Assembly: GCA_024137785.1 (NCBI GenBank)
Contig: JAHRHZ010000018.1
Span: forward strand, 35,566,166 to 35,630,165
Length of the DNA: 64,000 bases
Reading direction: 5' to 3'
From: Ginglymostoma cirratum
Taxonomy: Eukaryota
Positions 55,031 through 64,000 of this stretch are shown here, one piece after another. The notes under the pieces are model-generated. The model did no database searches, was not told the origin of the DNA, and was given only the letters and a program-made list of their open reading frames with translations. The first letter of the stretch is position 1; each line of letters begins with the position of its first letter. The position numbers were made by a program, and so were the translations under genes.

Positions 55031-56624
55031 GTGAGGACAACAAATTAATTTATATTATATTGTACAGGATGTCCATTAACATATACAGCTTCAGCACATT
55101 AATTTACAATCTAATGAAACAATGACATGTCTTATCTATTTCAGTATACTCACCCTGCACACATAACCAGTTAAAGAGTTTGCAAACAGATGGGAGTGAT
55201 AATAGGCAAAGCTAATCCAGTCTCCATTTTATAGATCGCCAGAGTTTATTTTTCATCAAGGGTATCTTGGTATACTTTGCGAAAAATGATGTACAGCCAT
55301 GTGGAAATATTTTGAATTGTCCGTATTTTTTTTTCCTGTGCTGTTCAATTAAAAGACAAAGCTTCTTGCAGCAATGCCCTGAAAATGTATTTTATTTTAA
55401 ATTGGAATTTGGTTAGTAAAAGATAGATTGAACATATCAAAGAGATTTTGTTTTATTTTGTGCTTTCCAAAAAGTTCTAAATGTCTTTAAATCGTCATTT
55501 TGTTTGTATTTGTGGCCTCATGGCAGTGATTTAAAATGAGGATTATTAAACAATGTGGAACATTGACAGTATTAAACATATCTGTGGTATGTTTCCTCTG
55601 AGCCTGTAAGCTAACCATAGTGTTAAACTCAAAACACTAGAATGAAGATTACAAATCCTGCATAAGCTGGATATTGTCTTTAAGCTTTTATGATGAGGCT
55701 TTGCCGTCAAGAAAGTGCACGTTAAATATTGTGTGCTTTCTCGCCTTTCTCTTTACGTGACAGTTAACAAAAACTGCAAAGAATAAATATTGTACAAAAT
55801 ATCATTAATGATGCATTGCAAAACTGATTGAATAACTAGATTATTTCTTTTAAGTTGATTAGATTTATATTTTATTGGCAAGTACTTTAAAATCATATGT
55901 GTATGGGCCAATATTAATAATTCTTTTGACCATGAGAAAGATACTGTAATTTTATTGCATGGCTTGTGTGATTTTTGAGCGCAGTTGTGCATAGCCATGG
56001 ACAAGGCAGTGGCTGTTTATATTTTCTGGTATATTTCTTCTATTAACTAATAAATAATTAAGTATAGCTGAAAGCAATTCATGGAATTTCAGCTGTTAGT
56101 TGGACTAGAGCTCACACTTTTACAAGGGTGGTGTAATATACCATATTGATGAAACACTGCCTTCACATTTACATTTCTGTAAATTACATTATATTAATAT
56201 TTTGCAATGAAGTCTTGACCATCAGAATCAAAATTTTAATATATATATCCTAATAACTAAACATGCTTAGTTTTTTTTTCTTGAATGTTTTCCTTAAACA
56301 TTCAGTGTTTAGAATGATAAATTCCTTTAAAGTTTTAATTTTAAATTAAGGAACAAAACTTGGTTTATTTAGTTTATCTGAAAAATTCAAAAAGCAGGTA
56401 TCTGTAATTCTTAAGGGTGTGCACCCTGCAGATTTCCGCACTGAATATATTAAAACATAATATGGTGGATCTTAGGGTAAACAATACTAAGTTTATGGAA
56501 GTGGAGGATAATATATTCAATGGGTAGGCTAGCAGAGTTGGCTATATGGCTAGCATGCAGAATAATGCCAACAGCACAGATTAACTACCTGTTCTGGCTA
56601 AGGAAAGCATGAGGCCAGTCTCTA

Positions 56625-57520
56625 AGGGTATTGAATGAAGAGAGATTAGAAACTTCTCGAGCCTTGGCCATAACTTTTCATCTCTCCCTATAGCTGGAGA
56701 AGGTTTCAGAGGGATGGAGAATTGATGACATTATGCCCACGTTCAAAAAAGGTTGTAAGGATAAGCCCAGTGTCAGTTAAACGTCAGTAGTGGTGAAGCT
56801 TCTAGAAATAATAGAATTAATAGTCTCATGGAAAAAGCAGAGTTGTTTAGAAAGAGCCCTGCATGGATTCCTAAAGGGGAAATTGTGTTTGAATAGCATT
56901 ATGGAGCTTTTAAAAGAGGTACTGGAAAGGTTAAGGGGGGTAACACTGTTGCTGTAGTGTACATGGACTTTGAAAGGTATTTGATACAGTGCCACACAGC
57001 AGACTTGTGAGAAAAGTTGTAACTTATGGAATAAGTGTGCATAATGTTGAGCAGCACACAAGAGGAAGGGCATTGGAGAATAGGCAGAAGAGGTTTACAA
57101 AAAATGGTTCCATACATGAGAAACTTCAGTTATGAGGAAAGATTGGAAAGGTTGCGACTGCTTTTCTTTCAGAGAAGAATGCTGAGAGCTGACAGAAGCT
57201 TTCAAAATCATGTTGGCTCATAAAAGGATTGAGATTGAGGAGGCACAGATTCAAGTGATTTGCAGACATGGCAATAATGATGCGAGAATAAACTTTTTCA
57301 TGCAATGAGTGGTTCAGATCTGGAATGCACTGCTAGGAAACTTGGTGGAGTCAGAGTCTATTGAGATATTCCAGAGGGCATTGGATGATTATTTAAATAG
57401 AAACAATGTGCACAGGTATAGAGAAAGGACAGGAGAATGATGAAATCATAATGACCGTAGGAGGACAGTGCATTCAGGATGGGCTGACTGGCTTCCTTCA
57501 GTCCTGTAGCAATTGTGTCA
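56625..57520 (+). mobile_element. CR1-clade LINE remnant with a large internal deletion
   Basis: Decayed RT motifs (PTFKKGCKDKP, HGFLKG, VYMDFE) join almost directly to the C-terminal region (MRNFSYEERLERLRL..QRRMLRAD, TGGAATGCACTG) and the GGGCTGACTGGCTTCCTTC tail. Confidence 0.85.
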
Positions 57521-58603
57521 TTCCTCATGTTGCCCTGAGAGTGAAGGCAATGTGAAACTACCATTGGCAAACCAAAATGCCAACAAGGAACAGCTCAGGA
57601 TGACTAGTCAATGAGCCATGCGACTTGCCTTCGGACAGAGCACTCACAAATGAACAGTGTTCACTTTTTACTTTGTGAGATGTGACATCATCTTAAGTTT
57701 CCCTAGACTTTATATAAAATTCAGAGGAACTAGCAGTGGATTTTTTTTAAAAAAAAGTCTTGTCCTAAAATACTTTTTAAACAATAAATAAATATTGTAG
57801 TCATATTGCACAATACATTTCCTGTGCCATTGTAGTATTTTTGAAATTTGAATCTTTTCCTTTTGTACACTAATCCAGACAAACAATTAACTGTAATGTC
57901 TGTCTGTCATGCCACTTGACTAAACGCCTCATCTAGTTGTAAAGTACAAAGGTCTATACACAGCTGACTATTGAAGATGTCTGTGGTCATATTTAACTTG
58001 ATATACGTGATTTATGAGATATATGTATAATTCCGCCCCCTCATTAAAATTGCTAGCTAAGGTGTTTAAAGCTTATATTAAAAAAGGTCAGCTTAAAAGG
58101 ACATAAATTTTTTGGTGCCTATTTAGCTTTACTAAATGCTTAATTTCTCTTTTTTAGCAATCCTTTTTCCTCTTTAAGACAACCGAATCTTACTAAGATT
58201 GCGTTGTTCTGTGAGCCATTTATTTTGGCGAGTCTTAGCACTTGCTTATCATTACTCATTATCGAAAAGCTGTTGTGTTAATTTTCTTCAGTTTATTTAA
58301 TTAGCAGCTTATCCAAAAACACAACATTTATAAAATACATGGTCAATTTTCAACTTGTGTCAGGAAGTGCAGTATGTCTTGCACTTGGATGTAGTCTAAG
58401 AGATTTTCTGGATCCTGATTGATTATTTGTGCATAACAAAGCCATTTTGATGAAAATTGGGTTGTATTGATTCTAATTAAGGCAACATTAAATAAGATTT
58501 ACCAAGAGATACTGCTTGCAGCTACTCAATTCCCTGAGTGATGAGGCTGTCGAAACTGACGCAAATGTTTCTCGCTTTCTTTTGCCTGGGCCTTCTATTC
58601 TAG

Positions 58604-58765
58604 TCAACAAGATTGTCTCACACTTGCTTGTGGCTGAGCCAGAGAAGATCTATGCCATGCCTGATCCCACCATTCCGGAGAGTGACATCAAGGCCCTCAC
58701 TACACTGTGTGATCTGGCTGATCGAGAACTAGTGGTCATCATTGGATGGGCAAAGCATATTCCAG
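58604..58765 (+). CDS. ESRRG: ERR-gamma coding exon: ligand-binding domain helices 1-3 (162 nt)
   Basis: Acceptor ctattctag|TC and donor CCAG|gtacag. Reads (F)[53 protein letters not shown](G), containing the nuclear-receptor WAKxIPG signature. Confidence 0.97.
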
Positions 58766-59149
58766 GTACAGAAAGAAAACAAAAAGGTTCATTTTAAAGC
58801 ATGTAGCAAAACTAATTGCACTTCTGCATTTGGTTTCAAAATTTCTACAGTCAAGATACCACAGAAATGATGACATTAGCTGCTTTATTTTTCTGATGAA
58901 AACTCAAGAACGTTCACTATGTTATTACATTATTCAACTATATGAGGACAACAAATCAAGACAGTAATGATTTAAATCAAGATTTCCTAGGGTGGTCTTC
59001 ATTTGTAGGATACTTGTTTTAATGTCTGTCGCCAACTACTTTTAGTTCTGTTTGAGCTAGAAACACCTGAACACATGGACAATGATGTGAAATGTGAGAA
59101 AATATGGCAAGATTGAAAAAAAATCCAATTCTCCCCCTAAGGTTTCAAT

Positions 59150-60283
59150 GGTGAAATCAGAATTTTAGTGATAAGCAGGGACTGTTGTGTTTCCATGCAT
59201 TTGCATCTCACTAATATCCCAACTCAACTCATTTATATGTAGCTCCTCTCCTGAGAAACTAGCCGGTAACAATTCCCAACTTGAAAGAGTGGTTTCCTGG
59301 AGGATGCCTTTCTGGTCCTCCATTTTAATGTACCTTCACCAACATGTTCCTGACAGCGTGCTCCTTCATCCTTTGACCACCAAAGTTAATACCAACAAAC
59401 AACCAGCCTCACCACATTTTTGTGGCTGATGTTGGAATCCCACTTCAGCCGAGGTTCAATGGCATCTATCCCTTATGTGTTTTTGCCAGGTCACTTTGCC
59501 CACAGAGACATAAAGACACTGCATGCATCTACACAGGATGTACCTTACGACGTTTTTTTGGCACACGCTGACTTTGCGCTTACTTCACGGCTGCCAACCT
59601 TTGGTCTGGATTACAAAATGTTTTAGCCAGAGGGCAGGAAGAATGAGAGATTGTGGAGGATGAGCTGCATGAGAGCTAGTGAGTGGAGATGCTGCATGCA
59701 ACCGTGAGGTTGGTAGTCAATGAGTGCTGGTGAGGTTTGAGTGCAGTGACAGAGTAAGAGTGAATGTAAGGTAGCAGAAAGCAGATGGCAGCCTGTACTC
59801 TTGCAGAGTGCAGAAGATCAGTAAATGCTGCCCTGCGTTCTGTCTGACCCTGGAGACAGTGCTGACCCAGTCTGCTATTTTTGGTGCTGTGGCCTCCGCT
59901 GGTGGTCCACTGGGCAGAGGATGTACCTCCCCTCAACCACCCTGTCTACCAGGACCTCCAGGCCACTGACTGGAAAGCAGGGTGCCAGCTTCAACTTCTG
60001 AGATGTTTCGGTTTCATAAGAGGACAGTGTCTGGTAGTTCTTAGTTGTAGCTTTTGAAATGGTGCGCAGCTGGGCTTTAAATTGGTGCCAGCAACCTGCA
60101 CACCCCCAGGTCCTGGCCACATTGGGAGTTTCACCTCTCCTGCACTAGAACAACACCAAAGAGGCCAGTTGTATAATTAATGAGGAGGGGAGCACAAAAT
60201 CGTGAGAGAATGTTCACTGTGAATGGGACACATGCCATGAAACTCTTTCAAAATAACACAACTTAAAAATGGAAAAATCTACC
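59150..60283 (-). mobile_element. PIF/Harbinger-like transposon remnant with a decayed Myb/SANT-like ORF
   Basis: Minus-strand frameshifted peptide KLAPCFPVSGLEVLVDRVVEGRYILCP..RRP...FTDLLHSARV resembles the Myb/SANT-like (trihelix) domain of Harbinger accessory proteins. Right end AAAAATCTACCC is TIR-like; left end uncertain. Confidence 0.55.
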
Positions 60284-60450
60284 CTGTGTTTATGGATGGT
60301 GGGGATGAGAATTTGCGGGGAAGGTGAATCCTATCTCATGACTTAAACAGACTAACCGTTTCGTAATCACTGCCATCTCACCCATTGATATGCGTTAAGG
60401 GAGACACAATGGCATGTGGCTCCACTCAACATCTTATTGTTAAGCAATAA

Positions 60451-60579
60451 GATGAAGAAGGGTCCAGACTTGAAACGTCAGCTTTCCTGCTCCTCTGATG
60501 CTGCCTGGCCTGCTCTGTTTATCCATCTCCACACCTTGTTATCTCAGATTCTCCAGCATCGGCAGTTCCTACTATCTCT
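60451..60579 (+). mobile_element. Short Penelope-like-derived repeat, single arm
   Basis: ATGAAGA-A-GGGTC-CA-GACTT-GAAACGTCAGCTTTCCTGCTCCTCTGATGCTGCC...CCAGCATCGGCAGTTCCTACTATCTCT; several sister copies in the window. Confidence 0.8.
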
Positions 60580-61085
60580 TTTAAGGGGAGTGTTTGTGTC
60601 TAAGGTTGCAACAGCAAAAACCTACTTCATAACTTTCTGAGACTTAATCGGGTTATTAGAAGATCCAACTTTCACTGAGTTTTACTAGGTACTATTTGTT
60701 TTTTTGTAATGAGACAAGACCTGCTGTTTCATTAATCCTTTGCAGACCTGCAGCAATACTTCTGCTTAAATATCATAGAATGGTTACAGCAGGAAAGCAG
60801 GCCATTTGGCCATCGTGTCCGCCCAGATTGCCTTTAAAAGCGACTTACTTCCATTCCCCTGCCTTCTCCTGGTATCCCTGCAAATTCCTTTCCTTCCAAT
60901 CATTGTCACTTCTTTTTAAAAGTCATGTCTGAATCAGCCTTCACAACATTCTAAGGCATTTAATTCCAGATTCCATCCACTCCAGGATAATTTTTCCCCT
61001 CATCACTGCTGCTTCTTTTACTACTCAAATTTAATCAGTGCCTTCTGGTTCATGAACTTTGTGGAAAAAAAATAGTTTCTCTCTA

Positions 61086-61293
61086 AGTAAAAACCGAAAG
61101 AACTGCGGATGCTCTAAATGAGGAACAAAAACAAAGTTCCTGGAAAAGCTCAGTAGGTCTGCAAAGGAAAAGAAGAGTCAACATTTCGGGTCCGGTGACT
61201 CAGTTCTGAGGAAGGGTCACTGGATCTGAAATGTTAACATCTGTTTCCTTCACACAGACCTGCTGAGCTTTTCCAACAATTTTGTTTTTGTTC
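61086..61293. mobile_element. Palindromic mini-element (208 bp) with perfect 14-bp TSD ATAGTTTCTCTCTA
   Basis: TSD at 61072-61085 and 61294-61307. Inverted arms GAACAAAAACAAAGTTCCTGGAAAAGCTCAGTAGGTCTG and CAGACCTGCTGAGCTTTTCCAACAATTTTGTTTTTGTTC. Central GTT-CTGAGGA-A-GGGTC-ACTG-GATCT-GAAATGTT-AAC. Confidence 0.88.
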
Positions 61294-61726
61294 ATAGTTT
61301 CTCTCTATTTGCTCTATCTTAGTCATTTTGAAGCCCTCTACTAAATCTACTCTTAATCTTCTCTTTGTCAAGGGATACAGCCCCAGCATCTCTAGTCAAT
61401 CCATGTAACTGAAGTTTCGCATCCCTGGGTCTGTTCTTTTGAATATTTTCAGTACTTCCTCTCATGCCTTCATCTATGGTGTGGTGGCCAGACCAGATAC
61501 AGTATTCCAGTTAAGGATGAACCAATATTTTATGCATACCCCCTTGGGTCTATATTCTGCAGTCTTGTTTATAAAGCACAGGATCCCAGATGCTTTACAA
61601 TTGCTTTCTCGACCTGCCATGCCCCTTCCAGTGACTCATGTAGCTCTCCCAGGTTGGAGGTGTGCCCCTACATCTCCTGAATTGTCAAAAAACAAGAGAT
61701 ACATTATCAAAAGCTTTCTATTTTAA

Positions 61727-62352
61727 GGGCAGATACAAGAATGACAGATTTCAAAGGGAACAGCATTTATACTGTATGATAAAAGGGTGTTGATCGGTTG
61801 TTAATTTGAATCAAATTGGTTAAATCACAACCATGGAGTAATTGTTGTCCTCCACATTTTTGTTCAATCTGAGAAAGGTGCAATGTCCGGACATGTCCTT
61901 TTTCCTGCAGAATTGCAGGCTGTTCACAATGCAGAGTCCTTGACCAAAGTGTGTTTTGTAAAACTCAGAATGTAATGCCTGAAATTAGATGTCATCCTGT
62001 GTTTGGACAACACTTGTGGAACAACCCCAAATGCGCTAATAATTATACTAACAACCAATATAAGCTTGTTATTAAACTTGCTAGAAGCTACATCCGTACA
62101 TGCTCAAAGACCTGTCTTCTCAAAGATAAAGGAACATATCTAGGCATTGTGCCTTTCCTTTTAATTAAAAAAAAGAACTATGGGTTACATTGATTCCCTC
62201 ATGTATTCTCCATGTGAACCCTCAGCCACTCACAGTCAGCTCTGCAACCAATTAGTGATATAACCTGTTGCTGCCTTTAACATTCTTGCATGTGTCCTGA
62301 TGAGTGCAGGAGAACAAGCTTCTACAGCGTGTCTCCTATTTCAGCAATACTG
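61727..62352 (+). mobile_element. Penelope-like retroelement 3' remnant (GIY-YIG endonuclease tail, inverted terminal arm, hammerhead-like motif)
   Basis: The peptide FGQHLWNNPKCANNYTNNQYKLV resembles the PLE endonuclease C-terminal region. About 61728-61915 is an inverted degenerate copy of about 62110-62300. CTGATGA...AAGCTTC at 62297-62322. Confidence 0.65.
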
Positions 62353-63301
62353 ATGTTTGGAACTATGAAGGAACCCTTAAGAATTGTACCTTTTCTATTT
62401 CTTCTCATTCTTCCTCAAAAAGTAGATCACGTCACATTTTTCTGCATTACATTTTTTGAAGCTTTAACTATCTGCCACAAATTTCACCGTATTGACAAGT
62501 TTTGTGTCATCTGCACATATTTGAAATTACACCCTGGACATCCACGCTTTTGTCATTAATAAATACCAGGAAAAGCAGAGGTCCTCATAGTGAATCCTGT
62601 GAAACAGCAGTTAAGGTTCTCAGATGTGGAGCCCCTTTCCTAGCTCTTCTGCCTCACTATTTGCCTTTGCTGTTTTAAGTCAGTCTATAAAACCTATCTT
62701 TTTGGCCAAGATATTCCTGTCAATCTTAAATCCCCTTATATGGCTTAATGTCAAACTTTATAATCTTCGTGTGGCTGAGCTTGGGACATTTTATGCTTTA
62801 AAGAGGTTATCAACTATGAGTTGTTGCTGTATGAAAATATCTTTGCATTTTGATGCAAGATTTATCCATCAATAAGGCATCATCACTAAATTGGCCCTTT
62901 CCAAGTAAAGTGTTGACAAGTTATTTTTTTTTTAAACTACAGTTGAACATTAAAAGTACACCATTTTTCCATAAGGGAGAAAAACATTTCGGATGACACT
63001 TTAATGAAAAGCACTCCAATTGTCAGGGAAAGTGGTTATGCAGATCAAATATCCCTCTTATAGTCAAACAACGGAAGAGTGACCCAACTTAGTTTCTCTT
63101 GGCTGTGACTTTCTAGAATGAAACAAACCATCTAGTTCCTCAGTAATCGACAATTTGTTCTTGGTGTCACCGAACAATTTGATTCACTCTCTTTAGAACA
63201 CTTATGCTGTGGTGGCAGGGTACAAAAGTATACAATATTGCAAAAGGTCCAAAAGAAACAGAGCTTTTAGTTGAAATAATTTGTAGTGAATTGTAATGAT
63301 A

Positions 63302-63314
63302 TGACCTTTGACCT
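63302..63314 (-). promoter_or_regulatory. Perfect DR1 nuclear-receptor element (AGGTCA-A-AGGTCA on the minus strand)
   Basis: TGACCTTTGACCT is an exact consensus match in unique intronic sequence; function untested. Confidence 0.4.
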
Positions 63315-64000
63315 CATCTTGATTTTTGACTGGTGATCACTGTTGGTTATGTTTCGTACTTGAGTGCTAAGGTCTTGAGCCAGTAAGGCATTATTTGAAG
63401 ATAATATAATTAGTTACGTCTGCATTTAGACACATCTGATATGATTCTAATTTGCAAGTGCCATCAAAATGTGGAAACATCTAAAAATCAAGCAAGGTAT
63501 CTTTTCAGCTGTGTATGCAACAAACAACTTATCAGCAAAGCTAAGAAACAAAATTGCCATTTTGGTGTAACACTTTGAGATTGAGTTGCTTGGTTTTGCA
63601 CTGTTGTGGTCTTTAACAGGTTGTTATTATGACATTTCAAAGGAGCAGTGAATTGGGAATTGGATCCTAAATTAACCCTTGCTGTGCCTTGACTGAAAAC
63701 TCTTCGGGTCTCTGTCATGTTAGCTTTCAGCTTAGTGAGCATACCCTTTACCCTAAAAATAAATGAAGTTAGAAATTTGACGTCCCAGCAATTAGGACTT
63801 TTCTAGATGACAGGTGCCTTTTGTCAAATGCGGGGTAAATATAAAAGAAAAGCACTGTTGAAGATTCACCTGAAAAACTGTGTAGTTTCATTCCTGAATA
63901 TTTCCAAGGCAAGAGACAAATGTGTGTACCGCATTGCCTCTGATGAAATATTATTTAACACTGATCTTGAATTAAGAAATTGGGTTATGATAAAATCAGC

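Larger units (their letters stand above)
60770..62615 (-). mobile_element. Old CR1-clade LINE remnant hosting two nested insertions
   Basis: 3' tail ATCATAGAATGGTTACAGCAGGAAAGCAGGCCATTTGGCCC-like at 60771. CR1-like sequence resumes after each insertion, and TTTTGTGTCATCTGCACAT (about 62500) is the reverse of the ADDTK RT motif. Confidence 0.75.

Noticed and set aside
58560-58603. Possible upstream alternative acceptor extending the LBD exon by a few codons
   Set aside because: There is no AG dinucleotide in the roughly 50 nt upstream of the used acceptor, so the open frame in the ORF track is just intron.

Overview
Eukaryotic (vertebrate) genomic DNA, AT-rich and almost entirely intronic. 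The window holds four consecutive plus-strand coding exons of the orphan nuclear receptor ERR-gamma (ESRRG/NR3B3): the N-terminal domain with zinc finger 1 (23611-24023), zinc finger 2 (26462-26578), the T/A-box and hinge (54920-55030) and the start of the ligand-binding domain (58604-58765). All have GT-AG sites and matching phases. The first exon(s) and the last LBD exons were not confidently found and probably lie outside the window. The repeats (HE1/V-SINE-type tRNA SINEs, CR1-clade LINE fragments, a Deu-SINE remnant) point to a cartilaginous fish, probably a shark (inference). The most unusual signals are: (i) a family of short, often palindromic insertions with 8-14 bp target-site duplications and a hammerhead-ribozyme-like core, probably non-autonomous Penelope-like elements, plus a Penelope GIY-YIG remnant with an inverted arm and its own hammerhead-like motif; (ii) an exon junction that regenerates the upstream donor, so re-splicing could delete zinc finger 2 in frame; (iii) perfect DR1 and IR1 nuclear-receptor elements in the introns; (iv) a roughly 22 kb repeat-poor block with candidate conserved non-coding elements. 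No prokaryotic features, CRISPR arrays or genuine tRNA/rRNA genes were found. I cannot claim a wholly new system from the sequence alone. Most ORFs in the supplied track are spurious.
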